From Callorhinchus milii (Eukaryota), in NCBI RefSeq assembly GCF_018977255.1, contig NW_024704743.1, forward strand, positions 34,784,001 to 34,848,000: a stretch of DNA of 64,000 nt, read 5' to 3'. The translations under genes and the position numbers were made by a program. Shown in pieces: positions 39,401 to 51,392 of this stretch. Within the stretch, counting starts at the first letter, position 1; each line of letters opens with the position of its first letter. The notes under the pieces are model-generated. The model worked only from the letters and a program-made list of their open reading frames with translations, did not search any database and had not been told where the DNA came from.

Positions 39401-40255
39401 GACACAGGCTATGATATGGCAGGAAAAAATCCTGTTTTGCATAAGTGTGAAGTGGCACTCAAGCACATGAGATTGCTAAGGAATTTAATTGTGCCCCAGT
39501 AGCCTCTACATCAATGTTGCATCTCTTTGCACTTCAAACCTATTTTATTTGCTGTAAGGAAGGTAAACCTTAATTTACATAACTTTCATAGGATATGGAA
39601 ACAGAGAAAGATAAAGCTGGAGCAAGCAAGTGGGTCACAGAGCAAGTGACCCAGTGATACAATAGTGAAGTATAGGTATAACTCCTGATATGTTTTTAAT
39701 TGGCACAACAGCCAAATTGTATTTTATGTGAAATGAAAATTCCCCAGTGTCTGGAATGGAATGCACTCTCTCTCTCCCTGGAGGGACTCGTGCTGTTTAC
39801 TTCATTCCAGAGACTATTCGGGCACAGATTTGCAAGAGCAAAGGTTTGGGGAACCCTGCGTGTGTGTTGGATTATGGCTGGGGTTTAACCAGCTAAAACA
39901 GCACAGTTTGCCTTTGAAAGCACTGTGTGGCAAGCTTCTTGTTGCATGTCCAGTTAGGATCATCCTACCCATTAGTACTTTGGCTTGAACAGGTAGCAGG
40001 AGCTGGATGGGAAGAATCCGTGCCCCAGAACTAATCTGCCTTTTGAAGCCCTGCTGTTTGCCCAGGCTTGCTGCTCTGTCATCAGCAGCGCCCAGGAACA
40101 CTGTGGACCGCCTAGCTCAGGAAATAACTTAGCTCTGTGAGTTTTAGAGAAGTGCGGCTGGCTGTGGAAGTGGTGAAACTCCAAGTACCCTAATTTTAAT
40201 ACACTGGGATTCAACAAGCTCAGTGAAAATAGGTTAAATCAAAGAAACTAATTAC

Positions 40256-40281
40256 CTTTTTTAATTTCTGCAGCAAATTAT
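40256..40281 (-). CDS. FAM217A: FAM217A exon 4 (predicted 26-nt microexon)
   Basis: tttttttcttcgacag acceptor, aag|gtaatt donor; phase 1-0, (D)NLLQKLKK. Confidence 0.62.
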
Positions 40282-40372
40282 CTGTCGAAGAAAAAAACAC
40301 TGGATTTATCACAAGTTTTCTTTGGTTTATGTTTCTAACATAGCTACACATCAAAACACACTAAGCACTCAC

Positions 40373-40457
40373 CATTTTTTGAAAACCCTTTTTCCATGAC
40401 ATTGTTATAATTATGCACATAAACTTTGTCCAATTCCGATGTGCACTGAGTGGAATT
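40373..40457 (-). CDS. FAM217A: FAM217A exon 3 (predicted)
   Basis: ttatctag acceptor, atg|gtgagt donor; 85 nt, phase 0-1, NSTQCTSELDKVYVHNYNNVMEKGFSKN; 91-nt intron to the microexon. Confidence 0.65.
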
Positions 40458-40954
40458 CTAGATAACACAAAGATGTGTGATTAACTGCACTTTAGGAACA
40501 GTGATGCTTTAGTGTTTTAATACAATATGTGATCTTCAAACAATTTAATACATAACGTATTGAATACTTTTATCATTCAGCTCATCAGCCTCCTCCCCAG
40601 GCTCCGCTGGCTCCCTGTTCTCCAGCACATCAATTTAAGAAAGTTTCAAATCCTGATCTTCAAATGCCTCCAAGTCTTTAGACCACCCTATCTCTGCACT
40701 CTCCTGTTACCCTACTCCCTTGGCCCCACCTATGCTCTGCCAAATCCACATCCTCATGGTCTCCCAGCTTGACCTCCTGCTCAATCTATGGAAAGTACTG
40801 TAAGATATTCTTCCCACATGAAGGGTGCTATAGAAGTGTAAATTGGTTTAAATAAAAGCTGTTTTGGGGTGGGGGACCAGGTATCGACATGATACACTGC
40901 CCTGTGACCACTCCCATTTATAATTTTCTCATAATCTATGCTTCAGATTACTTG

Positions 40955-41427
40955 TGGTGTGCAGTAATGTAGTGGTTAGCACGCCTGTCTCACAAGTGAG
41001 AGGACCTGGGTTCAATTCCTGGGCAGGGCGAAACATTGGGCAAGTCTCCTTATTCCACATGCCTCTGTTTACCTAGCAGTAAGTAGTCAATTGCAGATCA
41101 CTTTGCTAGGGTGATAATCACTGTTCCCTCTAAGCTGCACTCGTGCGTGGTCGCACAGCAGTCTGTCGTGTGCTGCGCACTTTTTTTACAGCAGCGCACA
41201 CAGCCTTTAAAAATTAGAGGTAACATAGATAATAATCCCTCCCCACCCCCTCAAAAAAAAATATTAATTTGGTCACTCAATCCACGACTGTTTGTGGGAC
41301 ACTGCTGTGTGCAATTGGCTTCTGTGTTCTGCCCACAAAATACACAATCAATCATATTATTCTGTGAAGCACTTTGAGACGTCTCAACAACATAAGGCGG
41401 TATATCAAATGCAAGGATTATTATTAT
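40955..41427 (+). mobile_element. full-length SINE carrying a nested MITE
   Basis: tRNA-like head, core, tail; 110-bp insertion at 41119-41228. Confidence 0.85.
41119..41228. mobile_element. hAT-type MITE
   Basis: TIRs cactgttccctctaa / ttagagggtaacatag; imperfect 8-bp duplication gtgataat / ataataat. Confidence 0.7.
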
Positions 41428-43282
41428 GGTGGATGGACTAAGTTTGCTTCTATTTATTATTTACAGCCTGATATAGTCCAGCAGATGGTGAACATCATCA
41501 GCTATATCACTGCGCACAGTCCAATGCACAATTGTATCCTTATCGAATGATAAATGATTGCAACACAGCCAATGTAGCTTTATCCATCCACACAAAGTGT
41601 GTACATTCACAGAGGTAGAAAAGGACACCGAAGCAATTGATAATTTTGTTTCTGTCTGTCAGTTCATGGCTGTTTTGGGACATTGCACAAATTGGCTACC
41701 GCATTAGCCACAAAAAATAGTCACTATAGTTTACAGTATATCATGTATATGCACTTCGAGGTGTCCACCTGATGTGCAAGGTACTATATCAAATGCAAGA
41801 ATTATTATGGTAGCTAGTCATCAATTTCAGGACCAGCAAAGTGAACTACATAACCTGCCTGATAAATGGTTGGACTTAGCTGCTCCCTGTGTTGGCCTGG
41901 CTTAGATTTATTTTGTCAGCTGGATGTCTGACACACCACCATGCTTCGGAGAATCCAAACCAGGCTTAGAGTTCCACACATGTATGTCACTGACATGTGG
42001 AAATGTGTCTGGAATGGAAAGCGCACTGGGTAAGCACGCTATGTTTACCTAGCTCCGCAGATTATTAGGTGCAGTTTGACAAGATTTGAGGTTTAGGAAT
42101 CCCACTCAGAGTGTGCGTTACGATATTCCAAGTAAAACTACATGACTTGCTATTACCAGCACAGTTCGTCAAGCTTTGTTTTGCTTGTCCAGCTGGGAGC
42201 CAAATGGGAAGAGTGTCTTCACCAAATCCTGTCAGGCTGGCTGATCTGTCATCATCGGTCCCTAGGAGAGCTGCGGATACACCAGGCTCAGGGTCTGAGG
42301 TTCACCAAGTACGTCACATTGGAGCCAACTCAGCCCCAAGGAAACTGTACTTACCTTCCCCCACAACAATCATAAATTGCATTTATATAGCACTATTCAT
42401 GGCGGGAAGACATCCCAAGGTGCAGGAGCCTCAAGCAGGATAGCACAGTTGAGATGATCTTGCATTGTGTAAGATAATCTTGAGAATAAACCTGAATCCT
42501 TCCAATGTGTTTATCTGCATTTTTTATTTCGTAATCAGGTCATACCTGTGTTTTGCCTTATCTGTGGTACTTTAAGCCACAATAAATATTTATGCCAATT
42601 TAGCACACATACTTTTGAAATAATTAGCTATCAAATTACAATTCTTCTCATGATTGTCATTTATAGATTGTTTTTAAATTGATAAATCTAATGAACGTTT
42701 TGTCCTTGTTAAGATGAAAGATATTAGAGTTGAAAATGTGACATTTGCAAACTGGAACTTGGCGCACAAAACACAACATCCGGTTTGCAATGACTGATTT
42801 TGGATCATTTCCCCACTGACGTGTACCATTTTGACATGATAAAGTGCTAAATAAATGCAAATTGATTGTGGTCTGTGCAGTACAGTTTTGCTATAGGCAC
42901 CTAATGTCAGTATCCAGGTCAAGTATTTTAAGGGCAATTGTACATCAGTGGCCAGTTTTTTTGATAACATTTTACAAATGAATTGAAAATAATTGAAATT
43001 CCTTTTCGAGTTCTAAGACGAAAACGTTGGAGGGGAAAAAATGCAATGGTTTAAATGTGGTTGTGAAAAATTTAAATGTCACTATTTTCTTGTATAATTT
43101 TAAAAAAGGGGGGGGGGGGGGAGTTCTTTTATGCGAAAAATTCTATTAAAATTGTCTTCACACCTACGTAACTGAGTAGATTCACAAGGGTATAAGAATG
43201 TCCCGATTTTGGTGCATGGAGCCTGTCCTAGATTTCTGGATCCAGCCTATTGCCTCTCAACACACATGAACTGGAAAATTGT

Positions 43283-43652
43283 GGAGTCCTATAGCTTATT
43301 GTTTAGAGCACTTGTCTCGCAAGCAAGAGGACCTGGGTTTGATTCCCGGGCTGGGCAAAACGTTGGGCAAGTTTCCTTATTCCATATGCTTCTGTTTACC
43401 CAGCAGTAAGTAGGAACCAAGTTGTTAGTCGATTGACAGATTGCTTTCCAGGATTAATAATCTCTTCAAAAATAAATGATAATTTGTCACTTCAATCCCT
43501 GACTGTTTGTGGGACACTGCTGTGTGCAATTGGCTGCCACATTTCGCCCACAAAATACAGTCAATTCACTTTACAGTATACTGTGTGAAGCACTTTGAAA
43601 TGTCTCAAAGACGTGATAAGGCGCTATATCAAATGCAAGAATTATTTATTAT
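43283..43652 (+). mobile_element. full-length SINE
   Basis: head ggagtcctatagctta, core, tail. Confidence 0.87.
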
Positions 43653-44884
43653 TAAATATAGGCCCTCAGCTTCCACCCCCAACCTGGGAGCCCAGCCAGG
43701 ACTGTTAAGCACCTTGGGACAGCCTCCCAGTTTGAAAGATGATACAAAAATGTAAATTTATATTGTATTGTAGCATACGCTGGGTAAAAGGAAACTAACA
43801 TTACCACAATTCTATCACAATGACATGCTTAATCCCAAACCTCAGAAAAGCAATCCCCCTTCCCCTACTGCACTGCTGAGACCTGTTCTATTTCCCACAT
43901 CAGAGATCCTTATAACGTGTTTAACCAACATAGTGGTAAATTTGTGTTGGGATCTAATACCCACTTGGAACTAGACTGACACTGCTTCATATGTGACCCC
44001 GGCTGCTTGCTGAAAGAGAAGTTCATTTCACATGTCATCACAGTTCAAAACTACAGGGTTCCATCCAATGAGTGACAGGAAGAGGAAAAAGACAGCAAAT
44101 AATAATAAGTTTTGCATTTAATATAGCGCATTATATCTTCGAGGCGTCTCAAAGCACTTGGCGAATTAATTGTATATTTTATGGGAGAAACAATCAAGAT
44201 ACAAGTCACAGTGAAGAAAGAATAAAGAACAATATAATTTATTTCCATTTATTAACAAAATAACTTCACGATTTTCCTGAGAAATAGTACTGATGATGCT
44301 TAATGTCACAAATATATTGTTCCTTCTCCAAGACAAGATTTGTGCTGCACATAATGTGATAAGTTTCTTCACCTCCAACTCCATAGATTTGGGGCTTTTG
44401 TTAGTTTCAGCCCCTCTTTTGTACCCCCATTGTTTCCGCAACTACATCCATTGTTACCCTGACCTCCTCCAAGTGCCCAATATTTCTCGCGTCCCACTCT
44501 ATTCATTCTACGTTATTTAATTGCATATCTTTAATTTCACATGAAATATGCTAACACAACCTTTTCAAAGCTTTAAATCAATGCTAGCAACATCAATAAC
44601 AACAAAGCCCCACATCTACTTCATTATGTAGACTGTGCAGTACTACATTGCACACTGGAAGACAGTTTATTAAAGTAGCACAATTAGATCGGATTATACA
44701 TGGTCATCAATTCTGGGCAAGCTTATCAATTATAAAGAGAGCTGAGTCAGCATCAGTAGAGATACACTCAAAACCGAGGGAAAATTTAGCATCACCTGTA
44801 AATGTTAATTCAGCTAACTCATGTAGTCACTCAGTATTGGATCGTACAGTGGAAAACACCACTGTGGCCCATCTGGTCAGTTCC

Positions 44885-45267
44885 TCTCTGACCTACTATC
44901 CCCCTACCTACCTGCCCGTACCCTCCGTTCCTCTGGCTCCGGTCTGTTCCACGTCCCCCGCCCCAACCGCCCTACCATCGGTGGTCGGGCTTTCAGCCTC
45001 TCAGCCCCGAGGCTCTGGAACTCCATCCCCCAGTGCTTTCGCCGCCTCCTCCCTTTCCTCCTTCAAGACCGGTCTCAAGACCTTTCTCTTTGACCGTGCC
45101 TTCAGCTCCCCTCTCGACTCTCTATCCCCTCCTCGCTCCCTCCCTTCCCTCCCCTCACCCTGACCATTTCCCCCCTGCTCGGGTCCTGACCCAACCGTCC
45201 AGCGCTTTGGGACGTCCTCCCGACGTGAAAGGCGCTCTATAAATGCAATCTTGTTGTTGTTGTTGTT
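44885..45267 (+). mobile_element. L2 LINE 3' fragment (young)
   Basis: near-identical to 54140-54572 and to the 3' end of the 60514 element. Confidence 0.9.
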
Positions 45268-45845
45268 TGAGAACGTCAAGGAATTCTTCACCAGCATTCC
45301 CATGTGCTCCAATTGTGACATGAACGAACAATAATTTGCAGTGTACAAATGAGTGAATGTTGGTAATATACTGTAAAGTGGAATGACTGTATATTTTGTG
45401 GGCGAAACATGGTTGGGCACAGCAATGACCCACAAACAGCCAATTTTATTTGGGGGATTGTTCGCCGGGACACCGGGAGAGACTCCTCTTTTTGAATAGT
45501 GCCGTCGGATCTTTAACATCCACCTGCACAGCAGACAGGACTAGTTATTGCCTCATCTGAAGAATGCGACACTTTCCCCAGCATAACAATCCCGACATCT
45601 CACATCTCAAAGCGCTTCACAAGATTTAATGTACAGCGCAGTGACTGTATTTTGTAGGCAAACACATTGCATCCCAGTGGAAGTCTGGATTGTGAGTTCA
45701 AAGTCCTGACATGAGTGTGAAATATCAAAATGAAACCTCTTTGTTTTTTTTATATATATATATATATGTGTGTGTGTGTATGTGCAGCTCCAACCTCAAC
45801 CAGGTACAGAACCTGACTGGTGTCCCAACGTGAACACTTACTCAC

Positions 45846-45951
45846 CTGTTGGCGATGGTTTGAGTGAGGACTGTTCATTTCATGTCTGCACTGTTTGTCC
45901 GGTTTCTTCCACCCATTACTAACTGCAGAAAAGTAATTTATCTTTTTAACT
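45846..45951 (-). CDS. FAM217A: FAM217A exon 2 (predicted)
   Basis: ttttgcag acceptor, cag|gtgagt donor; 106 nt, phase 2-0, VKKINYFSAVSNGWKKPDKQCRHEMNSPHSNHRQQ. Confidence 0.62.
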
Positions 45952-46065
45952 CTGCAAAACAGGTACAAGTGAAGGGCCAAGTGTGAGTGAACCACAGAAG
46001 CGCTGCCCCCGCCGGCTCTGCTGGTCAGCAAACGGACATGAAGAGGACAGGCGAGAGGACAGGCC

Positions 46066-46174
46066 CGGGGGGGAGTGGGGGGGGAGGAGAGTGGGGGGAG
46101 TGGGGGGAGAGTGGGGGGGGGGGGAGAGTGGGGGGGGAGGAGAGTGGGGGGAGTGGGGGGAGAGTGGGGGGGGG
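46066..46174 (+). repeat. G-rich low-complexity tract (GGGGGG-AGAGT repeats), potential G-quadruplex
   Basis: nine runs of 6-12 G separated by short AG/AGT linkers. Confidence 0.8.
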
Positions 46175-46185
46175 CAGCTCCTTAC

Positions 46186-46283
46186 CCGAACTTCTTCCGA
46201 CTCCCGCTCACAACTAAAGGGCAGAACCTGCTGTGGTGAGCCGGGGAGCCGCAGCTCGGCGCCGCCCTGCACTCGGTGCTCAT
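46186..46283 (-). CDS. FAM217A: FAM217A exon 1 coding part (predicted start)
   Basis: agcATG (A at -3) inside the CpG island, open MSTECRAAPSCGSPAHHSRFCPLVVSGSRKKF, cgg|gtaagg donor, phase 2 matches exon 2. Confidence 0.55.
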
Positions 46284-46454
46284 GCTGCTGCTGCCTGGCC
46301 TGGCCCTGCCCTGGCCCTGGCCCTGCCCTGCCCTGGCCCGGCCTGGCAGGGGCTGCCCTGACTGTCACAGCACAGCCCACACACACACACCACACACCGC
46401 ACCGCGTGCAGCCGCTCCCCAGCGCGCGCTCCAGGAACCCGTCAATAACAAAGC

Positions 46455-46468
46455 GTTACCATAGCAAC
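46455..46468. promoter_or_regulatory. RFX X-box motif GTTACCATAGCAAC
   Basis: matches consensus GTTNCCATRGNAAC, ~170 bp upstream of the predicted FAM217A ATG. Confidence 0.75.
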
Positions 46469-46846
46469 CGGTCACCTGGTGACCACCGCGAACCCCCACC
46501 ACCCCGCCAGCAGGAGGCGCTACAACCGGTCACCTGGTGACCACCGCGAACCCCCCACCACCCCGCCAGCAGGAGGCGCTACAACCGGTCACCTGGTGAC
46601 CACCGCGAACCCCCCACCACCCCGCCAGCAGGAGGCGCTACAACCGGTCACCTGGTGACCACCGCGAACCCCCCACCACCCCGCCAGCAGGAGGCGCTAC
46701 AACCGGTCACCTGGTGACCACCGCGAACCCCCACCACCCCGCCAGCAGGAGGCGCTACAACCGGTCACCTGGTGACCACCGCGAACCCAACCCCTCTCCC
46801 CCACCACCTCCCACACCCCGCCAGCAGGAGGCGCTACAACCGGTCA
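46465..46846 (+). repeat. ~59-bp tandem repeat, 6 units, each with GGTCACCTGGTGACC palindrome and CTCF-like CCGCCAGCAGGAGGCGCTA
   Basis: unit caaccggtcacctggtgaccaccgcgaaccccc(c)accaccccgccagcaggaggcgcta read directly; last unit has a longer C-rich spacer. Confidence 0.95.
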
Positions 46847-49824
46847 AGGGGTGGGGTGGGGGTGGGGGGTTGCGGAGGGATGTGGGGGCGGCTGATTGAT
46901 TGACGCCCAGTTCGCCCGCTTTCCGCGGCTGTCTTTGGCTCACCTTCTGCCGCCGTTTGATCGCCTGCGGCCGATGCTTTCGCTGACTGTCTGCGGGTGT
47001 CTTTGCCCGCCTTCCGCAGGTGCTTTTGCCCGTCCTCCGCGGAGATTTTGCAGGCCCTGAGCGAACATTCGCTGCGTTTCCTCACGAGCAAAGGAACGAA
47101 AATAGTTGTTTGTTGAACATCGTGAATAAAAATTCCCAAACGTTGCATTTGCAAAGCGACTTTCTCACAGTGCTTCACAAACGACAACAATTTACTGCTG
47201 CTGCTGCTGTTGTTGTTGTTGTTGTTGGAGCACCTTCACGTGGTTAGTGTGTTGGAGAACTTGATAGTGATAATGGTGATCACCAAGACAGAGATAGGGA
47301 CGGGGAATTTAAGGGGATTGAACAAAGCAAAGGTAATAAGATAACAACATTTAGCATAGCTCCTTTTACTTCGGGAAGATATCTCAAAGCACCTCAAAGG
47401 ATTTACTGCAAAGTGTAGTGACTGTCGTCATTTCGAGCACAAGAATGTTCCACAAACAGCCATCAAGTGACCAATTTTACCTGGGGGATGGTTGGCCAGG
47501 ACACCAGGAGAAAGTCCCTTCTACCTCTGAATAGTGCCATTGGATCTTTAACATACCCCGACTCAGGCCGACACGACCTCAGTTTAACTCCTCATCCAAA
47601 GGGTGACATCTCGAACAATGCAGCACGTCCCGAGCACCTGCACTGAAGTGTTGGCCTCGATTATGAGCTCCAAGTCCCGAAGTGAGGCTTGAACCTGCAA
47701 CCTTCTGAATCACAGGCTACCAGAAGCCTGACATATTCAGAGGAAAGTATTGTGGGGTAACATCATGAAGATGCAACGTGAAGGGATTTGGGGACTGCAT
47801 TTTAGAGACTGGACTTTGGTTGTTAAACGCTCAAATGTCAATTAAATGAAATTATAGTGGGGTACAGGCAGGAGACCAGAGGTGGGGTGGGGTGGGGTGG
47901 GGGGAGAGAGAAGAACTGCAGCGCAGAATGCTGACTGTTTGACAGCTGGTATTTAAAATTAAAAACTATAGTCATAATCTAGTGAACAAAATGCTAAAGT
48001 ACAGTTCTCAGCATTTTTGTTCTCATACAAATAAAACCATATGATTAATCCCAATGGTATAGTTTTCAAAATGTTTATTTAACAATAACAATTTGTAAAC
48101 AGCAGGTCGCCAGAGGGCTTAACTGATGTTTGTGTTAACTTGTTTTAAATCAATATTTCAGAGGCTAACGCTAAACTAAATCACTGAAATATTATATAAT
48201 CTGAACAGTTGCATAATATCATGCTTCATTTATTCGTTTAGTACTATATTCTTGACCAATGTGTGACTATTTTCCAAGAAGGATGAGTAAGCCAGTCTCT
48301 GAGACTGAGCTGGTTTAATGGTGAGACTCACATTTGTTAATGTGAGACTCAACTCTCTGTTGTATACTCGGTGAGCCATTACCTGAGACAGACAACTCTG
48401 TAGCTCCAGGACGCTGTTGATGATTGACTAACCTACTTGGTTCATCAATTTGACCTTGGAGAGGTTGTTATGTCATCTGGTGTCACAAATATGAAATATT
48501 TGGGAATGGAAGAGTTAATCATAGATCTAATAATTAATAGTTAGTTAATTTAGTTTGTTGAGAAAGATCTCAAAGACAAAATCTCTGAATAAGGTATCAA
48601 CCAAAGGGCAGTATTTACAGCAGTTTCTTCAGATTGTCAACCTAGAAGATTATAATCATGAACCCACAATCTTCTGACCCAGAGACAAATACTACCAACT
48701 GAACTAAACTGATACATATCCATGTGAATGGATATTGAACTCACAGTTTAGGTTGCTGCTTCTGTGCAAAGCTGGGGGAATGTCGCTTTGTATCAGGTGC
48801 TGAGGTACGCCTGCTGCATTTGCCTACAAAATACACAGTCATTATAACTCACAGCAAAATCCTGTTAAATACTTTGAGACATCAATCCGACACAAAAGGC
48901 ACTGTATTAAATGCAAATGTAAGGATTAATACCTCTTTAAAGTCAAGATATCTCCCACTCACTGACATGGGAGTCACCATATAGAAGAAATAAAATTGGT
49001 CATTCCCTTCGGTTGTTTGTAGGATGTTGCTGTGCACCAATTGACTGCCGATTTTGTCTATAAAATACACAGTCATGACACTTGATAGTATATGTTATGA
49101 AGCTATTTGAGATATCTACCCAACGTGAAAGGTGCTATATTAAACACAGGGATTGTTATTATCAAGAAATTTATTTTTCTGTTTATGTTCTCACTAATGA
49201 TATTGCTCTAAAATTCTCACTAATGATAACAATGTGTGCTGGTATAATAAAAGTTGTGAATGGTTAACATAAAACAGGGTATGGGATCAGAGCTGGCTGT
49301 TGTGTTTAGAGTATGTAGCGACAGTGGAGGAGGTATCACCAAAAGAGACTGAATGGTCATCTTCAGTACCCTTATATTTATAATATTAAAATTCTAGAAA
49401 TTCACAGGAAATCATTCAGCATCTGAATTAGAAAGGTAGATTAATGTTTCAGGCATGGTTCTTCATCAGAACAGTACTATGTGTTCTAATCTACAGCAAG
49501 CCTGCATATCATGCTCTTCATTAATGACCTGTCCTAAAACTATCATTTACTGTAGTAAAGTAGTAAAAAAAGTTGCTGTAGTAAAGTACCAGTCTGTACT
49601 TACACCAAACATATTAACCGCATATTTATTTTAAGAATGTTGAAAATTAATTGTGTTTGACAAAAGTCATCTGTATCTGTTTGAGATTTATTTATTTTCT
49701 GAAAACACTGTTTCTGGTTTCATAAACTAATTTACGAGAGAGTTTTGTCAAACAATAATCAATCCTTGTTTGAGGAGAATGTTTGGCCTGTTGCCTGGAT
49801 GTTTACTCTTCAGGACCAGATCTG

Positions 49825-49891
49825 ATGGGCCAGGGACAAAATACCTCATGTGGGCTCTGTCCCTGGAAATCGGGGACGTATGGTCACCCTA
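49825..49891 (-). mobile_element. hAT (Blackjack-like) transposon end fragment
   Basis: - strand reads tagggtgaccatacgtccccgatttccagggacag, a terminus type typical of this group (from recall). Confidence 0.55.
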
Positions 49892-51392
49892 TCCTAAAGA
49901 ACACAAACACAGCTCTTTTCAATGATATAATGCACAACAGGTGAGAGCAGGGCATGAATGAAAGATAGTCAGTGAACCTTGTCATATATTACACAAGTAG
50001 GAAGAGTCACAATATTCAATGGGATGAAAAAGAGCTGCTCAGGGGAGTGATATAGCCGTAACGTTAGTGGCATTAACTACATCTCCATCAGGAACACCAC
50101 ACCAACTTGGGAGATCTCACCTCCAGCCCAAGATTGCCTCAAAACCAAGCTCCTGTGAGTCAATGTGATACACTGTGGGTTCTCGGCTGGTGGTGCACTT
50201 TACGCTGAAAAATGAGAGTGAGTGCACATTCCATTGGGAGAGAGAGCCCAATCAGTTCCAGACTATTCTATGTGCAGGTGATATACATATGTAGAACTCT
50301 CACTCTTGTTTGGATACTTTTAAGTATGGTGGTGGATTTCTGCTTATGTCAGACACCTGACTGACCAAAGAAAAGGCTGCAAAATGTTTTTCTGGCATTG
50401 AGGTACCAGTAACTGCTTTTCTGAGGAAATCCATTGTTCAACCCTTATGTTACTTGTATTTACCAGCCTTGAGCTCTTGCAAGAACAGCTGGAGACACTA
50501 AATTGGGGTCCCGCTTGCCTGTTCAGGTGGACGATAAAGATCCTAGGGAATTATTTGGAAGTTCTCCGAGTCCTGGCCAAAAGATCATTTGTCTCTTTGC
50601 TGTTTGTGGAACGATACTGGCACAGATTAGCTGGCATGTTTGCCTGCGTAACATGTCACTACAGTAGAACAAAACTCATTGAATAAAGAGCTTTGAGGTG
50701 TTTTTATGTCACAAGTAAAGTATTACACTAAATGCAAGATTTTGTTTCAGAAAAATTAGCAGTCTAAAAAAAGGAAGAATTTTACATTTCATTTTTATCC
50801 ATTGAGGTGATGATTGCGACAGCACTGAAACTGAATTAGTTGCATTGTTTCAGTCTTTTTTAAACAGGAGACTGGAAACCTTTTTTGCAGATCTGAACGT
50901 TGTCATTTGTTTTCTGTATAAATTTCCATTGGGGAGATTTAGGGCCACACATCTTTACACACACACACCTTCCAGCACAGATCCCGCCACCAGAAGTTAA
51001 GGAACAGAGAGAGATAAGAGGAATCTAATATAATTTTTCCAAATTATGAATAATTATAACATGGTAAATAGAGAAAGATTAAGTATGTAACAAGACTATG
51101 CGTTAAATCCGTGAACAAGCAATGGTGGGCGAGGTATCTAAGCATCAGTAAGGATGAGACACACAAAGTCTATAAGGAGTTTTTTGCTTTCCATTACATG
51201 ATATCCTGGGAGTGTGGGCTCCACAATTAAACCTTATTGTGGCCAAGGGTTTGTCCATCAGACACTTAAGTTTAAAATACGAGTTGGCTAATGTTCGCTG
51301 TTCAGACACATGCGTGTGCTGTGAATTATAAAGCCACCGAGTGTAAAATTCCAGACTGACTGCTACCCTCCCCATTGATGCTTTGTTACAAA

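Larger units (their letters stand above)
45990..47100. promoter_or_regulatory. CpG island / FAM217A promoter region
   Basis: GC- and CpG-rich stretch in an otherwise AT-rich, CpG-poor window; contains predicted first exon(s). Confidence 0.8.

Noticed and set aside
40256..40334. 79-nt version of FAM217A exon 4
   Set aside because: Would leave a 38-nt intron after exon 3 and break phase; the 26-nt exon has a better acceptor and the right phase
45846..45916. Frame MGGRNRTNSADMK-TGA in FAM217A exon 2, suggesting a premature stop or selenocysteine codon
   Set aside because: A different frame of the same exon is fully open and phase-consistent with both neighbouring exons, so no in-frame stop is needed
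46465..46846. CRISPR-like look of a palindromic repeat array
   Set aside because: Inter-palindrome sequences are identical rather than unique spacers, the DNA is vertebrate and there are no cas genes
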